Of a stretch of DNA of 32,000 nt, positions 7,872 to 19,366 are shown piece after piece. The stretch lies in contig NZ_BAAAEI010000007.1 of NCBI RefSeq assembly GCF_039522935.1, positions 84,501-116,500 of the forward strand, written 5' to 3'. Within the stretch, counting starts at the first letter, position 1; each line of letters starts with the position of its first letter. A program made the translations under genes and the position numbers. Under the pieces are notes generated by a model. The model made no database searches, was not told where the DNA came from, and saw only the letters and a list, made by a program, of their open reading frames with translations. Origin of the DNA: Bowmanella denitrificans. GTDB taxonomy: Bacteria; Pseudomonadota; Gammaproteobacteria; Enterobacterales; Alteromonadaceae.

Positions 7872-8220
7872 AGGGATACTTCTAATCGTTGTACCATCTC
7901 AACGTTTCCATGGGTGCTGGCGGCGGAAGGAATACTGTCTTTCCATATACAAACAACGTCCACATCCTCTTGAAAAATAGATATTGAATGCGGGACAGCT
8001 ATTCAATACGCAATATAAGCGCAACGTTTTTTTTGAAAAAAATCAGACAACCTTATGCCAATTTGCAACTTGGCTTTCTAAAATATGTGCTAGATTAATC
8101 TGACATATACCCGGGTAATGCTTTAACAGTCTACTCTAAAATTCAGGCTGGAAAAGGGCAACTTAAAAGTAGGAAAAAGCTATAATTCTTATTCCAGCCA
8201 TTAATATAAAAAATAAATTC

Positions 8221-9138
8221 TTACCTTCGAAACATTATTGATATACAGATCCCGCAACTTCCAAATAAACTTCCGACAAGAACTCCCAACACCACAATTA
8301 GAGCACGCTTAGGAGCATATTTCTCTTCCGGGGTTATTGCGGGATCAATAGTTTTTAATACGTACTCAAGGCGGACACTCGCTAAAGCTATTGCCTTAAG
8401 GCGTTCCTCAATAATACGATAAAAGCTAGTTTGAATATCAACATTAGAGGCCGATTCAGCTTTCTCCGTCAAATAGTCCACCGTGCGTTGCAACTCCAAT
8501 ACTTCAGCATTTCTCATGTTTTCGTTCAAATCAGAAATTAGCCAGTCTAGGTATTGCTTCGATCGATGCTTCTCATAATAAACGAATGAAATCGACACTG
8601 TCTGTTCTGTTTTGTTGTATTCAATTTCAATTAATCTCATTAAAGCGAGGTAGAGCTCTGTTGTAGTAGGATAATAGGTACTTTCACCACTTTGTCTCTT
8701 CAGCCAGGTATTGGTTTTTGGATCAAACTTTTCCAAATCGTAGATCGCAGTATCAGTCTCCTTATTCCAACCTTTAACCGCAATTAACGGCACTTCCAAA
8801 TTCCGATTCCTGGCAAATTCGTTTAAAAACTGCCTGGATTCCAGAACTTGCAATGCCAAAGTGGTTTTATCTTTCGCTTGAGGTATTGATAAACCCGCCA
8901 GGTTGGCCAAACCACCAAATTGACTGGCCATTGCCGAAAGTCCAGATGCATCATTAACAGAGTTTGGCACTAGTAGTACATCGGCCCGGTATGTGTCGTA
9001 GGTTGTCCAGGCAAAAATGCCGAAGACAATGCCGACTGCAATACCTGAGGCAGCGACCCAAGTCCAACGCCTAATAAGCTCATGACAGAACTCTCCTATT
9101 CCTATCTTTAACAGCATATTCTCTTGCTTTATTGCCAT
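8221..9138 (-). CDS. wzz: O-antigen chain-length determinant, Wzz / PCP-1 family
   Basis: The 305-aa protein has an N-terminal TM (WVAASGIAVGIVFGIFAW), a long periplasmic coiled region, and a C-terminal proline motif plus TM (PEEKYAPKRALIVVLGVLVGSLFG). It is the last gene of the operon. Confidence 0.8.
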   Translation of the reverse strand: MAIKQENMLLKIGIGEFCHELIRRWTWVAASGIAVGIVFGIFAWTTYDTYRADVLLVPNSVNDASGLSAMASQFGGLANLAGLSIPQAKDKTTLALQVLESRQFLNEFARNRNLEVPLIAVKGWNKETDTAIYDLEKFDPKTNTWLKRQSGESTYYPTTTELYLALMRLIEIEYNKTEQTVSISFVYYEKHRSKQYLDWLISDLNENMRNAEVLELQRTVDYLTEKAESASNVDIQTSFYRIIEERLKAIALASVRLEYVLKTIDPAITPEEKYAPKRALIVVLGVLVGSLFGSCGICISIMFRR

Positions 9139-9863
9139 GACGAGTCCTTACTAAATAATAAATTGATTAGGAATTTTGGATAGTATTTAAACACTCTCTT
9201 GCGGGAATGAGGCTCAAACAACAGGCGATACAGCCAACGTAGCTCCAACTTGTTTATCCAATAGGGGTAATACTCTGCCTTCAGGGAGCTCTGATGAATG
9301 AACCCACCACAAGTAAAAATACCTTTTAGTCCGGTATTTGAGTAAGATTTAATATATTTTATAAACTCTTCCTGTTTAGGTGTCCCCATGCCGACTATTA
9401 CCACGTCTGCAGATTTGGAAAAAATATCTTCACAGGCTTTTGTCATCTCACTCTCATTCGAGAAATAGCCATTCCTTGCACCAACAACATTAAGTTTCGG
9501 AAACGTCTTAAGAAAAGAATCCCGGGAACCTTCCACTTCCTTCTGGTTGGCACCCAACAAATAAACTCGCAGATTGTTCTCTTCAGAGAATCTAAAAAAT
9601 ATGGGAGCCAGTGACGTCATGTCGAAACTGACTCTCTCTATTTTACATTTCAACCTCCAAGATAGCAGCTTGGCCCCCGAAACACCGTCACAATAAAGAT
9701 GATCCAAGGCATTCAATAGATCAGGCCTTTGCGCTAGTATTTGATAGGAGTAGGGGTTGACAAAAGATACTGAAACAGGCTCATCATGGTCGACTAAAAG
9801 GGACGCCAACAACTCTTCAGTTGAGGGGGCACTCTTAAGCTTTAAATTAATCAGGGCGTTCAC
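9129..9863 (-). CDS. WecG/TagA/CpsF family (GT26) glycosyltransferase
   Basis: Motifs are VIVGMGTPKQEEFI and LELRWLYRLLFEPHSRKR, which align with E. coli WecG (as I recall it). The ORF maximum is 9899, but GTG at 9863 forms a GTGA overlap with the upstream stop. Confidence 0.8.
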   Translation of the reverse strand: MNALINLKLKSAPSTEELLASLLVDHDEPVSVSFVNPYSYQILAQRPDLLNALDHLYCDGVSGAKLLSWRLKCKIERVSFDMTSLAPIFFRFSEENNLRVYLLGANQKEVEGSRDSFLKTFPKLNVVGARNGYFSNESEMTKACEDIFSKSADVVIVGMGTPKQEEFIKYIKSYSNTGLKGIFTCGGFIHQSSLKAEYYPYWINKLELRWLYRLLFEPHSRKRVFKYYPKFLINLLFSKDSSWQ

Positions 9864-10789
9864 TTCTTCAATACCTTTTGGATAACAAAAGAAGACCATT
9901 TATTGGGTAAGTAACTCAACACAAAGCTGGCAATAGACAGAACATTCCAGCTTATATACGGAAGTGACTTGAGATAAGCTCGAGCTTCGACTGTTCGCCC
10001 TGAAGAAATGTTATTCAAAACCATATATATACCGCTTCTGTTTAATAGCACTTTAACGGCTTGAGTATGCTCTCTAGCAATAACACCCTCTTGCAACCAA
10101 CAATTGAGTAACTTGACATGCGGAAGTGGCTCCAACACTTTATTAACACTACAAGCACTCCCGTCAACTTGATGAACATATGTAACTAAATCTATGTTTA
10201 CGAAAGCAATTTTTGAATGACTTGCCAACGACATCCACATGAATTGATCTTCTCCCATTGGCCAACCAACAGGGAAACCGTTAAATTGCTGAAGTTTGGA
10301 TTTTTTAATAACGACAGATGAAGCCGTTACCGGCAAGTGCCCTTTACTGGCGCTGGCGTAATAATTATCAAGTAACCCCGACCGATGAGGAACTTCGGAT
10401 AACTTTGCAGGCTTTCTGACCCCGTCAATAAGAAAGGAGTAGGCAGAGCAATACGCGCCAGCATCCGGATACGATTCAATAAGCAGACCAATCTGTTCAA
10501 GAAATGAGCTCTGCCAGTAGTCGTCCGCATCCAAAAAGGCAATATGTGCTCCCATGGAAGCTTTCCAACCAGTATTTCGTGCCGACGATACTCCTTGATT
10601 AGATTGTCGTATGATTCTAATTTTGCTATGCGCCAACTTTCTCACTAGCTCCGCACTACCGTCATTTGAACCATCATCGACGACGATAATCTCTAGCGCT
10701 TGATACGTCTGTTCTAAAACAGACTGCACAGCCCTGATGATATAGTCCCTCTTATTATAAAGAGGAATTACAACAGAGATATCAACCAC
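9860..10789 (-). CDS. Family 2 glycosyltransferase
   Basis: Motifs are ISVVIPLYNKRDYIIRAVQSVLEQTY, IIVVDDGSNDGS and the DxD motif FLDADD. The ORF maximum is 10849. I prefer GTG 10789, which has AGGTGG 7 nt upstream and an 8-nt overlap with the wzy stop. Confidence 0.8.
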   Translation of the reverse strand: MVDISVVIPLYNKRDYIIRAVQSVLEQTYQALEIIVVDDGSNDGSAELVRKLAHSKIRIIRQSNQGVSSARNTGWKASMGAHIAFLDADDYWQSSFLEQIGLLIESYPDAGAYCSAYSFLIDGVRKPAKLSEVPHRSGLLDNYYASASKGHLPVTASSVVIKKSKLQQFNGFPVGWPMGEDQFMWMSLASHSKIAFVNIDLVTYVHQVDGSACSVNKVLEPLPHVKLLNCWLQEGVIAREHTQAVKVLLNRSGIYMVLNNISSGRTVEARAYLKSLPYISWNVLSIASFVLSYLPNKWSSFVIQKVLKK

Positions 10790-12050
10790 TTTTTGCCCAC
10801 CTATCGCGAATATCTGACGAAGTTGAAGTAAACGCCAGTGCAAGCACAATACTTAACATAATTGAAGACGTACCATTAAATAGCACATGACCAGCCAGAA
10901 GAGAATGCATTGAAATCAGGAATAGACACATAACAATAAATATCTTCCCTGACAGAATACCCTTAACCATTCCTCTGATCAGAAGAACAGTAAACAATAG
11001 AGCCATCAATATTCCATAACAGAAAAAAAGTTCAAAAAAATCGTTCTCTAATGTTTTTCTAATTACAGATTGGCTGTACCAAAAGTCAAGATAGCTATAA
11101 TATGCCCCGCCACCAAATAAAAATCTGAGACTTTTCCAATCATTCCAATTTATTACCGAGAAAGCATCTTTTATAAATACATCTCTGGAACTTGCCAGTA
11201 TCTGAACTTTGTCATAGTCCGAATTTAGTTTTGATAGTATATTTTCAAAAACCAGCGAAAGAAATGAAACCAAATGAGAGTAGAAAAAAAAGATACATGA
11301 TAAAAATAAGATTAAAGTCAGTATAGGAGCCCTTCTCCAGCACAAAAAAGCAAGCACCGAGAAACAAATTATAGAGAGCACTAAAGCGGCTTTAGTACCA
11401 ATCAACACAATCGAAAATAGCATTAAGATTGAATAGCATAGGTAACTTAACTTATTGCTCAGATAGTTGGCATATAAACTAAGAAGACAAGCGATCCCCA
11501 ATGTAATACCTATGCCATTCCCTGAAACAAATAGTCCTCTGGTAGCCGCACCTCTACCTTCATAGTTTGGTATATGAAAACCTGAGATATACGCAGCAAT
11601 CAGAGTGATAGAGATAACAACTCCATATAAAACCGCAGACTTCATAATAAAGGCATAGGCATCGTCACGGCATTGAATCCAGGCCTTAAGAAATTCATAT
11701 AATAAAAAGAAGAAAAGTACCTTTGTGAGAAATACCACTCCAAAAATATATGCCTTTGGATTCACATGAAAAAATGCCACCACTGACTCTGTCAACAACA
11801 TAAAGCCAAGTAAAGCAAAAAATTTAAACAAAATAACCCGAGACTGACTAAACTGAAAGGAAGCAAAGAATAGAATTAAAAGCATTGACACACGTGCCAA
11901 TTGAGAAGGTGAACCTATCGCACCTTCCGATAACACCCCTAACTTAAACAACGCCCCCGTAAGGTTATCAACTAACGGCAAAATTAAAACACAAAGAAGA
12001 ATTATCGACTTCGGTATATCTATACTGACTTCTATACCAGACAGTTTCAA
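10782..12050 (-). CDS. wzy: O-antigen polymerase-like polytopic membrane protein (Wzy candidate)
   Basis: The 422-aa protein has about 10-12 predicted TM helices with one larger loop, about 30% GC (18/60 at 11281-11340), and the expected position in a Wzx/Wzy-type locus. Sequence-level Wzy identification is inherently weak. It uses a TTG start in a TTGA overlap. Confidence 0.6.
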   Translation of the reverse strand: MKLSGIEVSIDIPKSIILLCVLILPLVDNLTGALFKLGVLSEGAIGSPSQLARVSMLLILFFASFQFSQSRVILFKFFALLGFMLLTESVVAFFHVNPKAYIFGVVFLTKVLFFFLLYEFLKAWIQCRDDAYAFIMKSAVLYGVVISITLIAAYISGFHIPNYEGRGAATRGLFVSGNGIGITLGIACLLSLYANYLSNKLSYLCYSILMLFSIVLIGTKAALVLSIICFSVLAFLCWRRAPILTLILFLSCIFFFYSHLVSFLSLVFENILSKLNSDYDKVQILASSRDVFIKDAFSVINWNDWKSLRFLFGGGAYYSYLDFWYSQSVIRKTLENDFFELFFCYGILMALLFTVLLIRGMVKGILSGKIFIVMCLFLISMHSLLAGHVLFNGTSSIMLSIVLALAFTSTSSDIRDRWAKSG

Positions 12051-12616
12051 AACGCCTCCGGTTCATCTAGAAATCGCTGTCTGTATTTACTCTCGTATTC
12101 TTCGAAACGCTTAATAAATTTAGCTGGATTTCCTGCAACCACTGTACTATTGGGCACATTTTTAGTGACAACGCTACCGGCCCCAATTACGACGTTACTA
12201 CCGATAGTGACGCCTGCTAATACAATAGTTCCGACACCTATAAATACATTATCGCCTACATGAATAGCAGACCTATAAGAACGTCTAGCGCCAGGCAAAT
12301 ATGGCTGGCTTCGCACCTTAAGCTCGGGCATAAAGACTGTTGGAGAGGCATCATGCCCTAGAAAAGTAGTACCAGTTATAGTGCAATTGTTACCAATGAA
12401 GAATCTATCTCCTTTGTAAGAATGAGAGAATCGACAATCATACAAAACCGAGCCAGCACCAATCACCACCCCCTTCTTCTTATATCTTATTAGATCAAAG
12501 CGATATTGCATCGTTGCTAACAGATCACTCCCTTTTGGGGAAGAAAAAATTTTCAATGCAAATCCCAAAAAAAAGATGAGAAATTTGAAAAGAATGAGCT
12601 TAGTGATTTCAATCAT
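12047..12616 (-). CDS. Left-handed beta-helix (hexapeptide repeat) acetyltransferase
   Basis: The hexapeptide region is VGDNVFIGVGTIVLAGVTIGSNVVIGAGSVVTKNVPNSTVVAGNPAK, preceded by a hydrophobic N-terminus. The start forms an ATGA overlap with the upstream GT2. Confidence 0.8.
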   Translation of the reverse strand: MIEITKLILFKFLIFFLGFALKIFSSPKGSDLLATMQYRFDLIRYKKKGVVIGAGSVLYDCRFSHSYKGDRFFIGNNCTITGTTFLGHDASPTVFMPELKVRSQPYLPGARRSYRSAIHVGDNVFIGVGTIVLAGVTIGSNVVIGAGSVVTKNVPNSTVVAGNPAKFIKRFEEYESKYRQRFLDEPEAF

Positions 12617-13509
12617 TTTCTCTCGAACTCCCTCAAAATCTTGAACTTGTACAGAAACTTAATCCAAAACCCATAATACCTTACCATCATTAAGACAGAA
12701 GCAATTCGAATAAAATCCGTCAAGCTATTTGACCTTCTGGCAATGTACATCACACCATTAACTGGCGGTATTAATAGTCTAAGCAGCCCTAAGAAAGTGA
12801 ATTGTTCGGCCATGTAATCTTCCTGATTTCTCAATTTGTATGCACCGCCCATTATCCTTCTAATTTTGGTTCGATACTCTTTCCAACTGGCCCTGGCAGG
12901 ATGTAAAACAACTGCGTGTTCAGCAAAACCAAAAGATTTTCCCATCCGACTTGCACGTTTACAAAACTCAACATCTCCGCCAGACAATGTCTCAGCATTA
13001 AATACACCGATATCTTCAAATATCTTTCGATGCAAAAACAAGTTGGCAGTAACACAGTGCCCCGCTCTAACGTTTTCACGTTGCTGAAAGGCAAATAGTT
13101 GTTCATATAATTCAATTGAATTGGGAACACTTGAAGCTGAAAAAACCTTTATATCCCCCGCCACTATTACATTTTTTGACTCGTTTTTAAGGGCAGCTAC
13201 CCCTTCGGCAATCCAACTTGGGTCGGGAATACAATCTGAATCAGTAAATGCAATGATGTTTCCTTGGGCAATACATAATCCTTTGTTTCTAGCTTTGTAA
13301 GACCCCTTTTCGGTTTCTGTGGCTAATCTGACAAATTTAAAGGGACTACAACACTTCTCAATTGCAGATGGTTCACTTGAGCCGTTGTCGATAACTATAA
13401 CTTCAAAAGGTACATCTCCACTTTGCACATTAAGCGCTGAGAGGCACTTGAAAAGTCGGCTCGTGTCGTTATAAACCGGTATAATGACCGACACAATGAT
13501 TTCACTCAT
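12613..13509 (-). CDS. Family 2 glycosyltransferase
   Basis: Motifs are VSVIIPVYNDTSRL, VIVIDNGSS and the DxD motif FTDSDC. Confidence 0.8.
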   Translation of the reverse strand: MSEIIVSVIIPVYNDTSRLFKCLSALNVQSGDVPFEVIVIDNGSSEPSAIEKCCSPFKFVRLATETEKGSYKARNKGLCIAQGNIIAFTDSDCIPDPSWIAEGVAALKNESKNVIVAGDIKVFSASSVPNSIELYEQLFAFQQRENVRAGHCVTANLFLHRKIFEDIGVFNAETLSGGDVEFCKRASRMGKSFGFAEHAVVLHPARASWKEYRTKIRRIMGGAYKLRNQEDYMAEQFTFLGLLRLLIPPVNGVMYIARRSNSLTDFIRIASVLMMVRYYGFWIKFLYKFKILREFERK

Positions 13510-14698
13510 TCAACAGTTTCCCGGCCAGCGTTTTCCACGAAAAGGAAGTTAGCGCCAGTTGTCTGGGTTGATATGCCAGACCGTTGTTAAACTTACATTC
13601 CATACATCTTTGCATCGCCTCAGCCAAAGACTCAGCATTCGCATCATCAGCATAAAAGGCATATTTACCAATGACCTCCTCGGTTGCCGTATCAACGCCT
13701 GGTCCACTTCGAAAAGCAACCACAGGCAAATCGCAGGCCAGCGCCTCCAGTATCGTCTGCCCCAATGGCTCATATCTTGAGCTCATAACGAAAGCATCAG
13801 CTATCTGATAATACTTAAGTGGATTGGAACTTTGACCTATAAATTCAATCTGGTTTGACATGCCGAGTTCATTTGCACGACGCTTTAGTTCTTCCAGCTC
13901 TGGACCGTCTCCAACAAGAACAAGCTTGCATTGACTTAAGGACCGCATAGCGTCTACTAAAAGATCAAAACCTTTGGCTCTAACCATTCGACCCACTGAC
14001 AAAAACACAAAGTCATTTTCAAAGATGGAAGAGTCTTTTTTCAGTGCTTTTTTAGCTTGTTCACTAAGCGGTTTAAAAAAGTCACAATCAACCCCAGGTT
14101 TTACAATTGATACAGTGTCTTTTGGGGATGCAACAGTTGCCACTTGTTTAAACATGGTCTCGCTGAATACCAAGCACCTGTCAACAAAAGAAAGTGCCAA
14201 CTTTTGCACCCACATATGATATCTCTTTTTCAACCGTAATATCATGGAACGAGAGAGTCCCGGGTTTGATTGCAAATTCTTAACAGAATCCTGATACTTA
14301 ACCACACCGGGAATTAAGTAACACTGAGGCTTTAGACCAGCCATGGTGGCTAAAAGCGTGGTAAGGTGATAGCGTGAAACAGTAAGAACAGGTGAATAAC
14401 GCTTTCTAATTTCTATAAACTGGGAAAGCAAATTCATTAGCACAATAATTCCATTAAAAGGTAGTGCTATTTTTGAATTAATAAATCTTGTACGATATCT
14501 CCTGACTTCAACATTCTCGATTATTTCATCCACATAAGCTGGAGACCAGCCGACGTCACTAATCAATATTATTACATTATATCCTTTTTCAGAGAATGCT
14601 CTGGCAAGATAATACAAAGAATTTTCTACTCCACCCCGATTAGGTAAGTAAGCATTACTGGTGAGTAAAATATATTTATTTAATGAACTAAAATTCAT
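13502..14698 (-). CDS. GT4 (Glycos_transf_1) glycosyltransferase
   Basis: The C-terminal E-x7-E region is SSRYEPLGQTILEALACDLPVVA. The ORF maximum is 14716; ATG 14698 ([12 protein letters not shown]) forms an ATGA overlap with the upstream stop. Confidence 0.8.
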   Translation of the reverse strand: MNFSSLNKYILLTSNAYLPNRGGVENSLYYLARAFSEKGYNVIILISDVGWSPAYVDEIIENVEVRRYRTRFINSKIALPFNGIIVLMNLLSQFIEIRKRYSPVLTVSRYHLTTLLATMAGLKPQCYLIPGVVKYQDSVKNLQSNPGLSRSMILRLKKRYHMWVQKLALSFVDRCLVFSETMFKQVATVASPKDTVSIVKPGVDCDFFKPLSEQAKKALKKDSSIFENDFVFLSVGRMVRAKGFDLLVDAMRSLSQCKLVLVGDGPELEELKRRANELGMSNQIEFIGQSSNPLKYYQIADAFVMSSRYEPLGQTILEALACDLPVVAFRSGPGVDTATEEVIGKYAFYADDANAESLAEAMQRCMECKFNNGLAYQPRQLALTSFSWKTLAGKLLNE

Positions 14699-15759
14699 GA
14701 TAACAACTTCAACCAAGTATCTTGCAATGCTTGCTCGGAGAAGTTGGCAAGCAACAATTCTTTATTCCTATTAAGTTTCACATCAGATTTAATAGATATA
14801 GATAAGAAATCTTCATCCTTAATAGTACGGGTATCTTTAATACAAAATCCAAGCTGTTTAAAAGTGTTAAAACTGCTAGTACCACTTTTAACATAAAGGG
14901 TTTTTCCATTCATGAGCATATAATATGCCACAAAAAGTCCTTGCTGCCTTTCATGTCCGAGAACTGCCACGTCCATATCAAGTAGATATTCCTCAAAATC
15001 AGACTTACTCAACAGCTCTAATATAGGAATAAACTTGCAAGGAAAGAGACGCTTCCCTGTGTCAATAACCATTTCTATATACTTTCTGCTGACTACGCTT
15101 GGGTAATTCAATGGCACATGAATTTCAATATCTTCGGATGCAAGCTTGCTTAAGTCATGTAAAAGTTCAATATGACAGTTGGTTTCTGTCGCAGAGTTTC
15201 CTAACAGGATCTTCAGAGGACCACCAGTATTCTTTTTGAAGGGCAGTGGTTTAACATCGATTAAAGGATAAGGTAACACTCCGACATTGCGATGCTTAAG
15301 TAGTTTTTCAAGCAACTCTGCGTCACCACTGTTCAGTGCTGAAACAGATTTCATTCTGTGAGCCGCCAGCCCTCGAATGATGCGCTTGAGAGTTCTTGAA
15401 TAAAGTCGTCTGGGCCGGACACGCATATCATGAATATCTCCTCCCCAAGCTATCCAATGACACTTGGACGTTAACTTAGAGAGTGCCAGTCGATAGGCCA
15501 CAGCCAGATCAAACATGCCATGGAATACAATAGCGTCGCAGTCTTTGGTAGATAACAATTCGAACAACTGTTGTGCGTTACCGTAAAACTCTACCCCTTC
15601 TAAGTGTGCATATTTGAGTTTTTCATTGTCATTTGGCACTCGGACACAAAAAGACAAATCCTGCTCAATATATACTTTTCTGAAATATGGGATCATATTC
15701 AGGTTATGTTGAGGTGTTGAGTGAAAAACATGGATCACCATTACCCTTCCCATACTCAT
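14695..15759 (-). CDS. GT56 family, WecF-like 4-alpha-L-fucosyltransferase (dTDP-4-acetamido-4,6-dideoxyhexose transferase) homologue
   Basis: The sequence parallels E. coli WecF along its length (from my memory of that sequence). Matches include [12 protein letters not shown] vs LIHVLGSDIPHHN, FHGMFD vs [20 protein letters not shown] vs ILVGNSGDRSNEHI, and RQQGLF vs RQQGIG. Confidence 0.65.
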   Translation of the reverse strand: MSMGRVMVIHVFHSTPQHNLNMIPYFRKVYIEQDLSFCVRVPNDNEKLKYAHLEGVEFYGNAQQLFELLSTKDCDAIVFHGMFDLAVAYRLALSKLTSKCHWIAWGGDIHDMRVRPRRLYSRTLKRIIRGLAAHRMKSVSALNSGDAELLEKLLKHRNVGVLPYPLIDVKPLPFKKNTGGPLKILLGNSATETNCHIELLHDLSKLASEDIEIHVPLNYPSVVSRKYIEMVIDTGKRLFPCKFIPILELLSKSDFEEYLLDMDVAVLGHERQQGLFVAYYMLMNGKTLYVKSGTSSFNTFKQLGFCIKDTRTIKDEDFLSISIKSDVKLNRNKELLLANFSEQALQDTWLKLLS

Positions 15760-16643
15760 ATATTAACTAGCGACCGAAGATACTGACCATAATCGTTTTT
15801 CTCTAGAATTTCGGCATACCTTAAAACGTCGTCCGCTTGCAACCATTTGTTCAAGAATGCAATTTCCTCCAAGCAAGCAATCTTGAATCCTTGCCGATGT
15901 TCAACAGTCTGAACAAACTGAGAAGCTTCCATCAAACTATCATGGGTGCCGGTATCTAACCAGGCAAACCCCCGTCCGAGAATCTCTACCTGCAATTGTT
16001 TGTTCTGCAAATAAACATCATTGACACAACTGATCTCCAACTCGCCCCTGGCAGATGGTTGGATAGTTTTTGCAATCTCCACAACCTGGCTGTCATAGAA
16101 ATACAAGCCAGTAACAGCGTAATTAGATTTTGGCTTAGAAGGCTTTTCTTCAATACTCACCGCATTGAGATGCTCGTCAACCTCAACCACACCGAAACGT
16201 TCCGGATCTTTAACCTGATAGCCAAATATTGTAGCTCCGCTATTTTTCCTGGCGGCAGCTTTGAGTTTTGGAGAGAAGCCTGAGCCGTAAAAAATATTGT
16301 CACCCAACACAAGACAGACATTGTCACCGGCAATAAAATCTTCCGCGATTAAAAATGCTTCGGCAATACCATTTGGCTGCTCTTGTACCAAGTAAGTGAT
16401 CTCTATTCCAAAGCGTTGACCATCACCAAGTAGTTTTTGGAACTGAGATTGATCGTGCGGGGTAGTAATTAATGCGATCTGCCGGATACCTGCCAACATA
16501 AGCACAGAAATGGGGTAGTAAATCATCGGCTTGTCGTAAACAGGCATCAGTTGCTTCGATACCCCCATAGTTAATGGGTATAAGCGCGTGCCACTGCCCC
16601 CCGCTAGCACTATCCCCTTTGTCTGGCGCTGTTCCGTTGTCAC
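15756..16643 (-). CDS. rmlA: Glucose-1-phosphate thymidylyltransferase
   Basis: [46 protein letters not shown] is the canonical RmlA N-terminus. Confidence 0.95.
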   Translation of the reverse strand: MTTEQRQTKGIVLAGGSGTRLYPLTMGVSKQLMPVYDKPMIYYPISVLMLAGIRQIALITTPHDQSQFQKLLGDGQRFGIEITYLVQEQPNGIAEAFLIAEDFIAGDNVCLVLGDNIFYGSGFSPKLKAAARKNSGATIFGYQVKDPERFGVVEVDEHLNAVSIEEKPSKPKSNYAVTGLYFYDSQVVEIAKTIQPSARGELEISCVNDVYLQNKQLQVEILGRGFAWLDTGTHDSLMEASQFVQTVEHRQGFKIACLEEIAFLNKWLQADDVLRYAEILEKNDYGQYLRSLVNI

Positions 16644-16737
16644 TGTTTTCCTCGGCTAAATCTGGCTGCACTTAGGCAGCGAATAATACTGAATGTCGTT
16701 TTTTGTTTCCATGCACAATGATGAGGGCCATTATCCG

Positions 16738-17811
16738 TCATGATTCATTGTGCTGGCCTAACCGCTGGCGCTGATAATTCCCGCTTTGTACCTGGGCACA
16801 CCAATCCAAGTTACTCAAGTACCACTCAATGGTTTTTCTAAGCCCTGACTCGAAAGTTTCTTTGGGTTGCCAGCCTAACTCTTTCGCCATCTTGCTGGCA
16901 TCAATTGCGTAACGTCGGTCATGACCCGGTCGATCTTTAACAAAGGTAATCAGCTCAGCAAAGCTGGCAATTGAACCTGGCTTTTCCGCTATACGTTCAT
17001 CCAAAATGGCACATATTGTTTGCACTACCTTCAAATTGGTCTGCTCGTTGTGTCCACCAATATTGTAGGTTTCACCAACTCTGCCATGATTCACCACAGT
17101 CCACAGTGCTTCAGCGTGATCTTCAACATACAACCAATCCCTGATTTGACCACCATCGCCATACACAGGTAGTGGCTTTCCTTCCAATGCATTCAGTATC
17201 ATCAAGGGGATCAGCTTTTCAGGAAAATGGAATGGACCATAGTTATTTGAGCAGTTGCTAATCAACACGGGGAGTCCATAGGTGCGGTGCCATGCCCTGA
17301 CTAGATGATCTGACGCCGCTTTACTGGCCGAATACGGAGAACTCGGCTGATAAGCGGTATCTTCAGTAAATAAATCTGTCAGACCTTCCAAATCGCCAAA
17401 CACTTCGTCTGTTGAAATATGATGGAACCTGAACTCTTTCCGCTTCTGCTCGTCCAGCCCATTCCAGTAAGCTCTGGCCGCTTCAAGTAAATTGTAAGTA
17501 CCCACTATGTTGGTCTGAATAAATTCTGCGGGTCCATCTATTGAACGGTCCACATGAGACTCTGCAGCCAGGTGCATAACGGCATCGGGCTTGTACTCAG
17601 TAAACAAAGAATCTAATTTGTCTTTGTTGCATATATCAATTTGCTTGAATACATGTCGCGCTGGGTTAGTCAGCTTGTCAAGTGAAGCCAAGTTCCCGGC
17701 ATAGGTTAGCTTATCAACATTGACAATCCGACAGTCTGAAATGCGGTTAATAAAACGTACCAGATTAGAACCAATAAATCCGGCACCACCAGTGATAAGC
17801 AGGGTTTTCAT
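16738..17811 (-). CDS. rmlB: dTDP-glucose 4,6-dehydratase
   Basis: Motifs are [18 protein letters not shown] and the catalytic [11 protein letters not shown]. The ORF maximum of 17841 uses a GTG, but ATG 17811 gives the usual N-terminus. Confidence 0.95.
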   Translation of the reverse strand: MKTLLITGGAGFIGSNLVRFINRISDCRIVNVDKLTYAGNLASLDKLTNPARHVFKQIDICNKDKLDSLFTEYKPDAVMHLAAESHVDRSIDGPAEFIQTNIVGTYNLLEAARAYWNGLDEQKRKEFRFHHISTDEVFGDLEGLTDLFTEDTAYQPSSPYSASKAASDHLVRAWHRTYGLPVLISNCSNNYGPFHFPEKLIPLMILNALEGKPLPVYGDGGQIRDWLYVEDHAEALWTVVNHGRVGETYNIGGHNEQTNLKVVQTICAILDERIAEKPGSIASFAELITFVKDRPGHDRRYAIDASKMAKELGWQPKETFESGLRKTIEWYLSNLDWCAQVQSGNYQRQRLGQHNES

Positions 17812-17884
17812 AATAGATATCGACCTCTTGGCTGAATACACTTCATAAGTGCTGGTGAATTTATCTTAAAAAACACGTTTGAAG

Positions 17885-19321
17885 CTAACTGACCGCGGAG
17901 ACTTGTGTTTTTAGTTGCAGGTACAAATGCTTTAATCTAAATGATGCTAGTAGCATATAAATCGGCGCAGCCATTACCAATGCGATGAGTAGTGTCCCGA
18001 TGTCATTGGACTCGCCTGGTAGCAACATTTCAACAAAAGACAGCGTCAGTATGCTAGTAAGCAGCGGCAATGCGAGCGCCAGTAGGTAATGACTGACAGA
18101 GACTGCTGCTGCAGGGCGAAGCAAAAAATACCAATGTGGGAGGTACAATGACAATTGCATAACGAGTAACGCTGTTGCAACGCCTTTTATTCCTGATTGT
18201 GTACCAAACCAGATAACAAGCGGAACCAGCACTGCGATAAAGATATTCCACACAAATGCCTGCCTTACCCAACCTATAGCAGAAAGTAGTGAACCGGACT
18301 GACTCATTACTGAACGAATAATCATCCAGCCCGCCAAAAGTTGCAGCAATACTGACAGGTGCAACCATTTTTCACCAAGCAGCGCATTGATACTCAGTTC
18401 TGGGAACATAATAAAAAAGCTATAAATGGGCACAGTCAAATAGCAAAGGAGTTCCTTGACCCGGCAGTAGATACTACCAAGGCCAGTATACCCTTGCATT
18501 TTTGCGTAAAAAGGCAAGGCAACACGAGTAAGCACAGGGTTAAGTAAGGTGGCAATTCTGAAAACTAAGTCCTTAATCAGGCCGTACTGCCCGGTTTTTT
18601 CCACCCCCAGAAAACGGCTGATCAGTAAAATATCCAGACTGGTTACCAAGAAGCTCAGCAGGTTAGCGCCGGTAAAGTGTCCTCCATAACGGTAAAACGC
18701 GCTGAGTTGACTGATGCGCAGTTCCCAGAGGCGCCAGGATAATTGTCGATGCACCACCAAGAGCATCCCGGTTCGTACCAGGTGATTGATTGTAATGGAC
18801 AGTATAAAAGAATAGACACCAAAGCCATTTAGCAGTGCAACTGTCAAAAAGGTAAAGCCAATCACCGAAGCCAAGGTCTCTGCCAACACTAACCTACTGA
18901 AGTTTAATGTCTTTTGGCATTCCATCGCGGCATAGTTACCAACAGCCATAATTAACAGTGCTGGTGTGTACCAAGGTAATATAGTGGCTAGCAATGGATT
19001 GTTTAACAAGGCACCCAGTGCAGGCGCAGCGACAAACAAGGCTACAGATATCAGCAGGCCGTTACCAATGAATCCGAGTCCCAGTTGTCTTTTTTCATGT
19101 TCTGTCAGTTGATCTCTGTTAATAGCTGCGGTTGTTAAGCCAAAATCAACCAACATCAAGCTTAAGGTATACACCAGGAAGAACTGTGAATACGTTCCAA
19201 GCTCTTCTGCCGAAAAAAAACGTGACAACAAGGCTATTTGTGCCAATCCGAGTGCACTTTTTAACAAAGTGCCAAGAGAATTCCAGGCCAAGCCTTTTTT
19301 GGCACGATTAAATAAGTTCAT
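17885..19321 (-). CDS. wzx: Wzx-type oligosaccharide flippase (MOP/PST family)
   Basis: The 478-aa protein has about 12-14 TM helices and the typical N-terminus KKGLAWNSLGTLLKSALGLAQIALLSRFFSAEELGTY. Confidence 0.8.
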   Translation of the reverse strand: MNLFNRAKKGLAWNSLGTLLKSALGLAQIALLSRFFSAEELGTYSQFFLVYTLSLMLVDFGLTTAAINRDQLTEHEKRQLGLGFIGNGLLISVALFVAAPALGALLNNPLLATILPWYTPALLIMAVGNYAAMECQKTLNFSRLVLAETLASVIGFTFLTVALLNGFGVYSFILSITINHLVRTGMLLVVHRQLSWRLWELRISQLSAFYRYGGHFTGANLLSFLVTSLDILLISRFLGVEKTGQYGLIKDLVFRIATLLNPVLTRVALPFYAKMQGYTGLGSIYCRVKELLCYLTVPIYSFFIMFPELSINALLGEKWLHLSVLLQLLAGWMIIRSVMSQSGSLLSAIGWVRQAFVWNIFIAVLVPLVIWFGTQSGIKGVATALLVMQLSLYLPHWYFLLRPAAAVSVSHYLLALALPLLTSILTLSFVEMLLPGESNDIGTLLIALVMAAPIYMLLASFRLKHLYLQLKTQVSAVS

Positions 19322-19366
19322 AGGCTGCTTATTTTCACAATTCGAGCATTCTGAGCAATTTCCAAG

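Noticed and set aside
7872-8220. Expected bidirectional terminator between the convergent SET-domain gene and wzz
   Set aside because: I found only weak AT-rich inverted repeats (ATATTGAAT 7981-7989 with ATTCAATAC 8001-8009) and a T8-G-A7 tract at 8026-8041. None has a GC-rich stem plus adjacent U-tract, so I did not call a terminator.
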